Assembly: GCA_000989515.1 (NCBI GenBank)
Contig: LBOM01000005.1
Location: forward strand, 2,709-66,708
Source: Candidatus Nomurabacteria bacterium GW2011_GWE1_32_28
GTDB lineage: Bacteria > Patescibacteriota > Minisyncoccia > Phycocordibacterales > UBA9973
Reading direction: 5' to 3'
Length of the DNA: 64,000 nt
How positions within the stretch are numbered: the first letter of the stretch is position 1; each line of letters starts with the position of its first letter. This document shows, piece after piece, positions 9,924-20,200 of this stretch. The notes below the pieces were generated by a model, which saw only the letters and a list, made by a program, of their open reading frames with translations, ran no database searches and had not been told where the DNA came from. The translations under genes were made by a program, and so were the position numbers.

Positions 9924-11402
9924 ATGCAAGATAAAGTTTTTTATGCATCTTGTTTTGGTTTTATATTTGGAGTGCTGTTGCGCTCTTTTGTTTTTGTAGA
10001 TTTATATTTAGTTATTTTATTTATGTTAATTGCTTTGGCAATTATTTTGTTTTATTCCTTAATTTCAAAAAATAAATGGGGAATATTTGTAGGAATTTTT
10101 ATTTTAGTTTTCTCTTTAGGGATTTTTAGATTTAATATGGTTGATGTTTCTGCTCCTGCAGTTTTTGAATCAAGTCTTGGACAAAAAGCATTTTTCTCTG
10201 GAGAAATAATAGACGAACCGAGTATAGGAGATACTAATCAGAAATTTAGTGTAGAAATTAAGAATAATAAAGATAAAACAAAAGTTTTGTTGTCTGTAAA
10301 TTTAAATGAATATTTAAAATATGGTGATGAAATAAATTTTGAAGGAACACTAGAGAAACCAGAAAATTTTATCACAGATCAAGGAAAAGAATTTGACTAT
10401 ATAAATTATTTACGGAAAGATGGCATATTTTATGTTATGAGATATCCTACGATTGAAATTGTATCTCATGGGAATGGTAATTTTATAAAAAATGCTCTTT
10501 TTTATGTTAAAGAAATGTTTTTAAATAAAATGAATTTGGCTATAAGAGAACCAGAATCATTGCTCATGGGTGGACTTATTTTAGGAGAGAAAGCTTCATT
10601 TGATGAAAGTTTAAGGCAAAGTTTTGTAGATACTGGTACGATACATATTGTTGCACTTTCTGGGTACAATGTGACTATCGTTGCTGAGTGGATAATGAAA
10701 ATATTTTCTTCATTTCCTAAAAACATAGGTCTTGGTGCTGGTATATTTTCTATTCTTCTTTTTGTTTTGATGACTGGTGGGTCTTCTACTGCAGTACGAG
10801 CTGGAATAATGGCGAGTCTTGCACTTTTTGCACGTCTTATAGGAAGAAATTATGATGTTGCACGGGCACTAATACTTGCTGGTATTGTAATGGTTTTAAT
10901 AAATCCATTTGTTCTCGTTTTCGATGTTTCTTTTCAACTTTCTTTCATAGCGACTGTCGCTGTGATATTCTTTGCACCTAAAATTGAGAAATATTTTTTA
11001 TGGGTCACTACTCGTTTTGAATTACGAGATATTATTTCTGTAACATGTGCAGCTTATATTTTTGTTTTACCTTTTATACTTTATAAGATGGGCAATCTTT
11101 CATTGGTGGCATTGCCTGCGAATGTTTTGATATTACCATTTATTCCTTTTACTATGATTTTAGGTTTTCTGACTGGTTTTACAGGAATTATTTGGTATGT
11201 TTTTGCAATTCCTTTTGGTTCACTTTCTTTTGTTCTTCTTCATTATGAACTCTCTGTAATAAGTTTCTTTTCAAATTTGCCATTTGCTGCATTGTCTGTG
11301 CCAAATTTTCCATTTATTCTTACACTTTTAATTTATATCTATTTTATTTATAGACTTTTTGGAAGGAGCATCAAAAGTTTTTTTAAAGAAGCTTTAGAAT
11401 AG
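9924..11402 (+). CDS. comEC: ComEC/Rec2 competence channel, N-terminal OB/DUF4131 plus polytopic membrane domain only
   Basis: About 10 hydrophobic spans and the ComEC core pattern GLILGEK...VDTGTIHIVALSGYNV. No beta-lactamase domain is present in this ORF. Confidence 0.75.
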   Translation: MQDKVFYASCFGFIFGVLLRSFVFVDLYLVILFMLIALAIILFYSLISKNKWGIFVGIFILVFSLGIFRFNMVDVSAPAVFESSLGQKAFFSGEIIDEPSIGDTNQKFSVEIKNNKDKTKVLLSVNLNEYLKYGDEINFEGTLEKPENFITDQGKEFDYINYLRKDGIFYVMRYPTIEIVSHGNGNFIKNALFYVKEMFLNKMNLAIREPESLLMGGLILGEKASFDESLRQSFVDTGTIHIVALSGYNVTIVAEWIMKIFSSFPKNIGLGAGIFSILLFVLMTGGSSTAVRAGIMASLALFARLIGRNYDVARALILAGIVMVLINPFVLVFDVSFQLSFIATVAVIFFAPKIEKYFLWVTTRFELRDIISVTCAAYIFVLPFILYKMGNLSLVALPANVLILPFIPFTMILGFLTGFTGIIWYVFAIPFGSLSFVLLHYELSVISFFSNLPFAALSVPNFPFILTLLIYIYFIYRLFGRSIKSFFKEALE

Positions 11403-11493
11403 CTGCCTTTTCACAGCCCGCACTCGAACCTGAATGTGGTTTACGAATCTAATATTGCGTATGCTGAAAAAGGCACCATTCTAAAGCTTCTTT
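11385..11493. terminator. Long imperfect inverted repeat between the convergent comEC and SOD genes (probable bidirectional terminator)
   Basis: Perfect 16-bp arms AAAGAAGCTTTAGAAT (11385-11400) and ATTCTAAAGCTTCTTT (11478-11493). An inner pair is TGCCTTTT / AAAAGGCA. Confidence 0.5.
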
Positions 11494-12087
11494 TTATTTT
11501 ACCTTTTTGAAGTTTTCTTCTATCACTTCCCAATTTAGATTTTCAAAATAAGCATCAACGTATTTTTTCTTTTCTGAAGTTGCATAGTCGTATATAAAAG
11601 AATGTTCCCACATATCAATACACAAGATCCATTCAAAACCATTTAATTGTCCTATGTGTTGTTCATCTATCCAAATATTTAAGAGTTGTTTTGTTTGTTT
11701 GTCATAGCCTAACACAGCCCAACCTATTCCTCGTGTCATGGCGAGAGTTTTAAAATTAGATAGCCATACATCAAAAGAAGATATTTGTTTTTCTATTTCT
11801 TCTTTTAGTTTAGAATTTTCTGGAAGAGGTTTTGCTCCACCTTCTAAAGATTGAAAATAATACTCATGATTTCTTACACCATTAAATTCAAAACCCAACC
11901 TTCTTCGTAATTCACTTATTATGTATGTGTTCTTCTCAGGATCACTCATATATTCTTCTATCTTTTCTAAAATAAGATTTGTGTGTTTTACATATCCTGA
12001 ATAGAGTTTTAAATGCTCTTCTACGTTTTTAGTTGAGAGATCTTTTAATGGAGGTATATTAAATTTTAGTTCTTCGAATTTTTTCAT
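11494..12087 (-). CDS. Fe/Mn superoxide dismutase
   Basis: C-terminal DMWEHSFIYDY (the D-x-W-E-H-x-Y-Y class) and an N-terminal helical hairpin region. Confidence 0.8.
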   Translation of the reverse strand: MKKFEELKFNIPPLKDLSTKNVEEHLKLYSGYVKHTNLILEKIEEYMSDPEKNTYIISELRRRLGFEFNGVRNHEYYFQSLEGGAKPLPENSKLKEEIEKQISSFDVWLSNFKTLAMTRGIGWAVLGYDKQTKQLLNIWIDEQHIGQLNGFEWILCIDMWEHSFIYDYATSEKKKYVDAYFENLNWEVIEENFKKVK

Positions 12088-12196
12088 TTTGTTTTTAAAT
12101 TATATTTCTTTAGATCTTGTTTGAGATGAAAAGAAGTATAATTTTATATTAAATTAATAATTATCTAAGAGAGGTTTATCGTGTTAATATTATAAC

Positions 12197-13063
12197 ATGC
12201 TTTTGGACTACAAGAAATATTGGTTATTTTTACTTACATTTTTACTTTTAATAGCTAATATTTTTATTTTTTATTTTGATTGGAAAAGTTCTCATAAAAG
12301 TTTTATATTTGCGATGTTAGATGTAGGACAAGGAGATGCACTTTTTATAGAATCTCCAACTGGTACACAAATGTTAATAGATGGAGGTCCTCCAAAAAAG
12401 ATACTGAGTCAGCTTTCTAGCATAATGTCTCCATTTGATAGAAGTATAGATGCTATTTTTGTAACTAACCCAGACCAAGATCATATTGCTGGTTTTTTAG
12501 ATGTTTTAAAAGTTTATAAAGTAGATAAAATGTTTGAACCAGGTACGTTGACTGATTCTAAGGTCTATCAAAATTTAAAAGATGAAATAAAAAAAGATGG
12601 TATTCAGAATATTTTAGCAAAAAAGGGAATGAGATTAAACATGGGTGCTGGTGTGTTTGTTGATATTTTATTTCCAGATCGTGATGTATCCTCTTGGTCT
12701 ACAAATGATGGATCTTTGGTAGCTAGACTCACTTATGGAAATAACAAAATAATGCTTACTGGAGATGCATCAGTAAAGACAGAAAAAATAATTCTTGAAG
12801 AAAATCCTCAAGAACAATTAGAAAGTAATATTTTAAAGATTGGACACCACGGTTCACGTACTTCTACGTCCACTGAATTTTTAAAAGCTATAAATCCATC
12901 TTATGCATTTATTTCAGATGGAAAAGACAACAAATATGGTCATCCACACAAAGAAATATTAGACGAATTGAGTCAATTTGGTACTAAAATACTACGCACT
13001 GATATACTTGGAACAATAATTATGAAATGTGCTAAAATAGACAAATGCGAGATAAACAAATAG
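12197..13063 (+). CDS. Membrane-anchored metallo-beta-lactamase domain protein, corresponding to the C-terminal nuclease domain of ComEC
   Basis: N-terminal TM helix, then MLDVGQGDALFIE, NPDQDHIAG, LTGD and KIGHHGS, as in the ComEC MBL domain. Confidence 0.75.
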   Translation: MLLDYKKYWLFLLTFLLLIANIFIFYFDWKSSHKSFIFAMLDVGQGDALFIESPTGTQMLIDGGPPKKILSQLSSIMSPFDRSIDAIFVTNPDQDHIAGFLDVLKVYKVDKMFEPGTLTDSKVYQNLKDEIKKDGIQNILAKKGMRLNMGAGVFVDILFPDRDVSSWSTNDGSLVARLTYGNNKIMLTGDASVKTEKIILEENPQEQLESNILKIGHHGSRTSTSTEFLKAINPSYAFISDGKDNKYGHPHKEILDELSQFGTKILRTDILGTIIMKCAKIDKCEINK

Positions 13064-14289
13064 AAAAATTAATAAATTTAGAAAAGAAAAGACAAGCTGA
13101 AGGCTTGGAGCTTATTCCATCCGAAAATTATGTCTCAGAAGATGTTTTAAAGGCAAATGGCTCTATTTTTACTAATAAATATTCTGAAGGATACCCAGGA
13201 CGTAGATATTATGGTGGACAGGAATTTACTGATAAAGTAGAGCTTTTGGCGATAGAACGTGTGTGTAAATTGTTTAATTGTAAGTTTGCAAATGTTCAAC
13301 CACATTCTGGCGCTCCTGCAAATCTGGCCGTTTATGCTGCACTTTTGAATCCTGGAGATACTGTCCTTGGTATGGATTTGTCTCATGGTGGACATTTAAC
13401 CCATGGTCATCCAATGACTCTTCCTGCGAAGATTTATAAGTTTGTTACTTATAAAATGAAAGATCCTGAAACAGGAGAGATTGATTATGAAGACTTAAGA
13501 AGGCAAGCCATAGAATTTAAACCTAAAATAATTCTTGCTGGATTTTCTGCATATTCACGAACTCTTGATTATAAAAAATTTGTGGAAATTGCAAAGGAAG
13601 TTGGTGCTGTTACTATGGCAGACATGGCACATATTGCTGGAATGATAGCTGGTGGCGCACTTCGAAATCCTTTTGATGATGGTTTTGATATTATAACTTC
13701 CACTACTCACAAAACTCTACGAGGACCTAGGGGTGGAATAATCTTAACTCGTGAAAATGAAGAAATAGCAAAGAAGATTGATAAAGCAATTTTTCCAGGG
13801 ATACAAGGTGGTCCTCATATGCATACTATCGCTGCTAAAGCAGTGGCTTTTGGTGAAGCAATGACTCCAAAATATAAAAGATATGTTAAACAAATTTTAA
13901 AAAATGCAAAAGCTATGGAAAAAGTTTTACATAAAAATAATATTCGTATGATAGGTGGTGGTACAGACAATCATCTTATTTTGGCTGATGTTTTTGGTTC
14001 TTTGGGTGTGACAGGCAAAGAAGCTCAGACTGTACTCGATGAAGTAGGTATTACTTTAAATATGAATTCTATTGCAGGAGATACAAGGAAGCCATTAGAC
14101 CCTTCTGGTATAAGGTTTGGCACTCCAGCTATCACTACACGTGGTTTTAAGGAAAAAGAATGTGCTTATGTGGCAGGACTTATTATAAAAGTTTTAAAAA
14201 ATAAAGATGATAAGAAGTTAAAAGAATCGGTACATAAAGAAATTAAAAAATTAGCAAAAAAGTTTCCAATACCCAAAAGTTTTGTTTAA
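13045..14289 (+). CDS. glyA: Serine hydroxymethyltransferase
   Basis: LIPSENY, YPGRRYYGG and TSTTHKTLRGPRGG (the PLP lysine region). Confidence 0.95.
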   Translation: MRDKQIEKLINLEKKRQAEGLELIPSENYVSEDVLKANGSIFTNKYSEGYPGRRYYGGQEFTDKVELLAIERVCKLFNCKFANVQPHSGAPANLAVYAALLNPGDTVLGMDLSHGGHLTHGHPMTLPAKIYKFVTYKMKDPETGEIDYEDLRRQAIEFKPKIILAGFSAYSRTLDYKKFVEIAKEVGAVTMADMAHIAGMIAGGALRNPFDDGFDIITSTTHKTLRGPRGGIILTRENEEIAKKIDKAIFPGIQGGPHMHTIAAKAVAFGEAMTPKYKRYVKQILKNAKAMEKVLHKNNIRMIGGGTDNHLILADVFGSLGVTGKEAQTVLDEVGITLNMNSIAGDTRKPLDPSGIRFGTPAITTRGFKEKECAYVAGLIIKVLKNKDDKKLKESVHKEIKKLAKKFPIPKSFV

Positions 14290-14398
14290 AAATTAAATAA
14301 TTCTATGGACGAAAAAGATAAGATGAAAAAAGATTTTAGTAGTAGAATAAACATGAAATAGATTTTCAATTTGTGGCTTTTTTTGCTATATTTTCTAT

Positions 14399-15091
14399 AT
14401 GTCTAAAAAAGGAAAACTAATAGTAATAGATGGAACAGACGGAAGTGGAAAAGCAACACAGGTTGAGCTTTTAGCTAAAAGATTAAAAAAAGAAGGCAAG
14501 ACAGTTAAAATAATAGATTTTCCTGATTATTATTCTAATTTCTTTGGTAAATTTATTGGGCATTGTCTAACAGAACAATATTATAATTTTGTTAAAGTTC
14601 ATCCTAAAATAGCTTCAGTCTTGTATGCAGCAGATAGATTTGAATCAAAAATAAAAACAGAAGATTGGCTTAAGAGAGGGTATATAGTAATAGCAAATAG
14701 ATATGTTTCTGCAAACCAGATTCATCAAGGTGGTAAGATAGCTAATATAAAAAAAAGACAAGCTTTTATTAAATGGCTAGATGAAATGGAATATAAAGTT
14801 TTTAAAATTCCAAGGCCAAATGTTGTAATTTATCTAAATCTTTCTATCCCTTTTATATTAAGTCTTATAAAAGAAAGAAATAAAAAGAGTAATCGTTCTT
14901 ATGTTGGTAAAAAGAAAGATATTGTAGAAGGTGATATAAAATATCTTACAAATTCTCAAAAGAGCGCTGTTTGGTTAGCAAAAACACAATCAGAATTCGT
15001 GCAAATAAAATGTGTAAATAAAAATATATTACGAACTAGAGAAGATATTCATGAAGAAGTTTATGAAAAAGTTAAAAAAATTACTAGATAA
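14399..15091 (+). CDS. tmk: Thymidylate kinase-like nucleotide kinase
   Basis: P-loop IVIDGTDGSGKATQ, a DRF/DRY-like motif and a lid region. Confidence 0.7.
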   Translation: MSKKGKLIVIDGTDGSGKATQVELLAKRLKKEGKTVKIIDFPDYYSNFFGKFIGHCLTEQYYNFVKVHPKIASVLYAADRFESKIKTEDWLKRGYIVIANRYVSANQIHQGGKIANIKKRQAFIKWLDEMEYKVFKIPRPNVVIYLNLSIPFILSLIKERNKKSNRSYVGKKKDIVEGDIKYLTNSQKSAVWLAKTQSEFVQIKCVNKNILRTREDIHEEVYEKVKKITR

Positions 15092-15103
15092 TTTAATAAA
15101 TAT

Positions 15104-15436
15104 ATGGAATTAAAAGAATATCAAAAAAAAGCATTATTAACAGCATTTCATCCAGAAAAATATAAAATTATTTATCCAGCCTTAGGGCTTGGCAACGAAT
15201 CTGGAGAAGTAATGGGGAAGATAAAAAAATGGTTGCGTGGTGATGATAATGGAGAGACCATGAGCGAAGACAGGAAAGAAGCAATAAAAGGAGAATTGGG
15301 TGATGTGTTGTGGTATTTAGCAGTATTGGCTCACGATTTAGATCTATCTCTTGAAGATATTGCTAAATATAATTTAGATAAATTGCAATTGAGAAAAGAA
15401 AGAGGAACGTTAAAAGGCGATGGAGATACAAGATAG
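15104..15436 (+). CDS. MazG-like nucleotide pyrophosphohydrolase (single-domain)
   Basis: ESGEVMGKIKKW ... ELGDVLWYL helical EXXE pattern, in a 110-aa protein. Confidence 0.7.
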   Translation: MELKEYQKKALLTAFHPEKYKIIYPALGLGNESGEVMGKIKKWLRGDDNGETMSEDRKEAIKGELGDVLWYLAVLAHDLDLSLEDIAKYNLDKLQLRKERGTLKGDGDTR

Positions 15437-15443
15437 AATAATT

Positions 15444-17198
15444 ATGAAAGAGAAAATAGAAAATTTAATAAAAAATTCTTTAAAAGAATTTGATATAGAG
15501 ACTAACAATATTTTTTTAGAACATCCTGCAGATATAAAGATGGGAGATTATTCTACGAATGTAGCGATGGTTCTTGCTAAAGAAAATAAAACTAGTCCTA
15601 AAGAATTGGCGGAAAAGATAGCTGGAGAAATAAATAAAATGATCGCTATTTCTCTAGATTTAAGGTTGGATGTTGATAGAGTAGAGGCAAAAAATGGATT
15701 TATTAATTTTTATTTGTCTAAGAATTTTTTGATTGATTCTATTAAAGAAATTTTAGAAAATAAAAATTTTGGGAAAAATAATTATTTTGATGGTAAGAAG
15801 GTAATGATTGAATACACAGATCCAAATCCTTTTAAGCCTTTTCATATTGGACATTTGATGAGTAATGCAATAGGAGAATCTATTTCTCGTATTTTTGAAT
15901 TTTCTGGAGCAAAGGTAGTTCGTGCAAATTATCAAGGAGATGTCGGTCCTCATGTAGCAAAAGCTGTTTATCAAATGTTGGAAAATATAGATGATACAAA
16001 ATCTCTAATGATGGATAATGTTTCTTTGACTGAAAAGATTAATTATATTGGAAGTTCTTATTCAAAAGGAAATGATGTTTATGAAAATAAAGAAGAGTGT
16101 AAAAAAGAAATTGATGAAATAAATAAAAAAATTTACGAAAGAAGTGATAAAAAAATAAATGAGATTTATGATTGGGGAAGAGTTCTTACACTGGAAGCAT
16201 TTGAAGAGATTTATAAAAAATTAGGTACTAATTTTAATTATTATTTTTTTGAAAGTATAGTAGCGCCTATCGGTCTTAAGATAGTACACGAAAATTGTGA
16301 TGAAAATAAGTCTGATAATATTTTTGAGAAGAGTGATGGAGCAATAGTTTTTCATGCAGAAAAATATGATTCAAGGCTTCACACAAGAGTTTTTATTAAT
16401 TCTAAGGGTTTGCCTACATATGAGACTAAGGAGCTGGGGCTTACTCAAATGAAATTTGAAAAAGAAAAATTAGATTTATCTGTTGTAATAACAGCAAATG
16501 AACAAGAAGAATATATGAAAGTTGTCAGTAAGGCATTAGAAATAATAAATCCAGGTATTGTTCATAAGATGAAACATATAGTGCATGGCATGATGCGTCT
16601 TTCTTCTGGAAAGATGTCTTCTCGAAAGGGTAATGTTATAACAGGAGAGTCTCTGATAATAGAATCTTGTGATAAAATTTTAGAAAAAATAAAAGATAGA
16701 GATTTTACAGATGAAGAAAAAAAACAAATAAGTAATGATGTCGGTGTGGCCGCGCTTAAATATTCTATTTTAAGACAAGATATTAGTGGAAATATTATTT
16801 ATGACGCAGATAAATCTATTTCATTTGAAGGAGATTCTGGGCCATATTTACAATATTCATATGCTAGAGCTTTCTCTATTTTAGAAAAAGCTAAAGTAGA
16901 AAATATTTTACCAAGTTTTGTATTTTCAGAGATTGATGTTAATGTTTTTGAAATAGAAAAATTATTATATAGGTTTCCTGAAATAGTATTACGTGGAGCA
17001 CAAGAATTTGAGCCACATTATATTGCAAATTATTTAGTAGATATTGCTCGTGCGTTTAATGCTTTTTATGGGAATAATAAAATTATAGACAAAGATGATT
17101 CAATGTCGTCTTATAAAGTAGCTCTTACATTAGCTTTTTCTTATGTTATTAAAAATGGACTTTATCTATTGGGAATTAAGTCCCCCGAAAGAATGTAG
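15444..17198 (+). CDS. argS: Arginyl-tRNA synthetase
   Basis: PFHIGHLMSN (HIGH), MSSRKG (KMSKS-like) and a DALR-type C-terminus. An alternative ATG at 15420 overlaps the upstream gene. Confidence 0.9.
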   Translation: MKEKIENLIKNSLKEFDIETNNIFLEHPADIKMGDYSTNVAMVLAKENKTSPKELAEKIAGEINKMIAISLDLRLDVDRVEAKNGFINFYLSKNFLIDSIKEILENKNFGKNNYFDGKKVMIEYTDPNPFKPFHIGHLMSNAIGESISRIFEFSGAKVVRANYQGDVGPHVAKAVYQMLENIDDTKSLMMDNVSLTEKINYIGSSYSKGNDVYENKEECKKEIDEINKKIYERSDKKINEIYDWGRVLTLEAFEEIYKKLGTNFNYYFFESIVAPIGLKIVHENCDENKSDNIFEKSDGAIVFHAEKYDSRLHTRVFINSKGLPTYETKELGLTQMKFEKEKLDLSVVITANEQEEYMKVVSKALEIINPGIVHKMKHIVHGMMRLSSGKMSSRKGNVITGESLIIESCDKILEKIKDRDFTDEEKKQISNDVGVAALKYSILRQDISGNIIYDADKSISFEGDSGPYLQYSYARAFSILEKAKVENILPSFVFSEIDVNVFEIEKLLYRFPEIVLRGAQEFEPHYIANYLVDIARAFNAFYGNNKIIDKDDSMSSYKVALTLAFSYVIKNGLYLLGIKSPERM

Positions 17199-17233
17199 GA
17201 AAAAAGTAAATTTTTTGATAATATAGTCTCTAT

Positions 17234-20200
17234 ATGGATAAAGATATAAGTAAATCAGAAGCAGCGCTTCGAGAAGAGGCTGTTTTAGAATTTTGGAAAG
17301 AAAGTAAGATTTTTCAAAAGTCTCTAGAAAAAGAAGCACCAAAAGGTGAATTTATTTTTTATGAAGGTCCACCAACTGCAAATGGTAAACCTGGAATTCA
17401 TCATCTTGAAGCAAGAGCATTTAAAGATGCGATACCTAGATATAAAACAATGCGAGGGTATCATGTTCGCAGAAAAGGCGGATGGGATACACATGGTTTG
17501 CCTGTGGAGCTTCAGGTAGAAAAGAAACTAAATTTAGATTCAAAAATTGCAATTGAAAAATATGGAATTGCAAAGTTTAATCAAGGTTGCAAAGAAAGTG
17601 TTTGGGAATATACAGATCTTTGGAGTAAATTTACAGAACGTATTGGTTATTTTGTTGATCAAGAAAATGCTTATGTAACATATCATAATTCTTATATCGA
17701 GTCTGTCTGGGGTGTTCTTAAAAAAATAGATGAACAAAATTTACTTTATAAAGATTATAAAGTCGTACCTTGGTGTCCAAGATGTGGTACAGTTCTTTCT
17801 TCTCATGAGCTTGCTCAAGGATATGAAGATGTAAAAGATTTATCAGTGACAGTAAAATTTAAAATAAAAGGACAAGAAAATACTTATATTCTCGCTTGGA
17901 CGACGACACCTTGGACATTGCCTGGAAATGTTGCTTTGGCAGTAGGAGAGAAGATTGATTATGTAAAAGTTAGTTTAAATGGAGTTTTTTTAATTTTAGC
18001 AAAAGCACGTTTATCTATAATAGAAGGAGAATTTAAAATAATAGAAGAGATTAAAGGTAAAGACTTAATTGGATTAGAATATGAACCACTCTATCCTTTT
18101 TTAAAAGATACAATTTCTGAGAGCGAAAAACCTAAATTAAATAAAGCTTTTAAGATTTATGGAGCAGATTTTGTGACGACAGAAGATGGTACAGGTGTAG
18201 TACACACTGCTGTCATGTATGGACAAGATGATTTTGTATTGGGTACAGAGATTGGGTTACCAAAACATCATTTAGTTGGTCTTGATGGTGTCTTTTTAAA
18301 GGGTACAGGATTTCTAGAAGGTAGATTTGTTAAAGACGAAGAAGTTGCTATTGATATTATTAAAGATTTGGCGAATCGTTCAACTGATCCACTTTTATTT
18401 AAAAAAGAAAAATATGAGCACTCGTATCCTCATTGTTGGCGTTGTAAAACAGCTCTTATATATTATGCTCGTGACTCTTGGTATATCAAAATGTCTGATA
18501 AAAAAATAAAGGATAAAATGATACAAGAAAATAAAAGTATAAATTGGGAACCATCTCATATTCGTGATGGACGTTTTGGTGAATGGTTAAAAGATATTAA
18601 AGATTGGGCAATTTCTCGTGAACGTTATTGGGGGACACCTCTTCCTGTTTGGGAATGTGTTTCTTGTAAAAAAAGAGAAGTTCTTGGAAGTTTAGACGAA
18701 ATAAAAGAAAGAACAAAAAAATCTGGAAATAAATATTTTGTAATGAGACACGGTCAAGCAGAAAGTAATTTAAAAAATACAATAAGTTCTAAAGTTGAAG
18801 ATGTTGATCATTTAACTGAAAAAGGGAAAAAACAAGTTTTTGATTCTTTGTCTGAGTTAAAAAATAAAAAAATTGATTTTATAATCTCTTCTGATTTTAT
18901 GAGAACAAAAGAAACAGCAGAGATTATAAAAAAAGGACTAGGGATTTCTAATAATAATTTAATTTTTGATAAAAGAATTTGGGAATTATCTGCTGGGATA
19001 TTTGATGGTAATACATGGGATAATTTTTGGGAAGTCCGTGAGAACGGAGAAGGTTATTTTTACAAACCAGAGGGTGGTGAATCACACAAAGATCTCAAGT
19101 TGAGAGTTATTAGTTTTTTATATGATTTAGAAAAAAAATACAAAGATAAGAATATTTTAATCATAACTCATGAAGGACCAGCACGTCTTCTTATTGCTGG
19201 GTTAAAAGGTTTTAATGATATTAATACTATAGAATATTTAAAAGATAATATTGTAAAATTTGATAATGCTGAAATTAAAGAACTAGACTTTGTTTCTATT
19301 CCACATAATGAGAGTTATGAGCTTGATTTACATAGACCATATATTGATGATATAGAAATTGAATGTGAATGTGGTGGAGATCTAATAAGAACAAAAGAAG
19401 TCATGGATGTTTGGTTTGATTCTGGTGCGATGCCTTTTGCTCAAGATCATTATCCGTTTGAAAACAAAGAATGGGTAGATAAAAAAGGTTATCCTGCAGA
19501 TTTTATCTCTGAGGCAATAGATCAGACTCGTGGATGGTTTTATACATTACACGCTGTTGGTGTATTGATGGGACGTGGTAAGGCCTATAAAAACGTTATA
19601 TGTTTAGGTCATTTACTTGATTCAAAGGGTAAAAAGATGTCTAAATCTCTTGGTAACATTGTAGATCCTTGGTCTATGATCGAAAAATATGGAGTAGATA
19701 CATTGCGACTTTGGATGTATTCTGTAAATCAGCCTGGTGAATCAAAGAATTTTGATGAAAAAACCGTTATAGAACTTCATAGACAAGTTTTTGGTTTACT
19801 TTATAATGTTTTAGCTTTTTACGAACTTTATAGAGATATACAACTAGAAACTATTGAGTATAAAAAGTCAGAAAATATTTTAGATAAATGGATTTTAGCT
19901 AGACTTGATGAGTTAATAGATTTTACGACTAAACATCTAGATGATTATAAATTACTTGAACCGACTAGGGCGATAAGAGATTTTATTGGAGATCTTTCTA
20001 CCTGGTATTTGCGTCGCTCAAGAGATAGGATAAAAGATGGAGACAAAGAAGCAAAGCAGACCTTATATTTTGTTTTAAAAAATCTTTCAAAGATAATGGC
20101 ACCATTTACACCTTTTGCCGCTGATGATATATGGTTAAAACTTAAAAATGAAAAAGACATAGAAAGTATTCATTTAGCAGAATGGCCCAAATCATCAAAA

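Noticed and set aside
11403-11477. A tRNA-like GGTTCGAG (minus strand) inside the comEC/SOD spacer
   Set aside because: The flanking bases do not form a T-stem, and no acceptor or anticodon arms could be built. It was kept only as part of the long inverted repeat.
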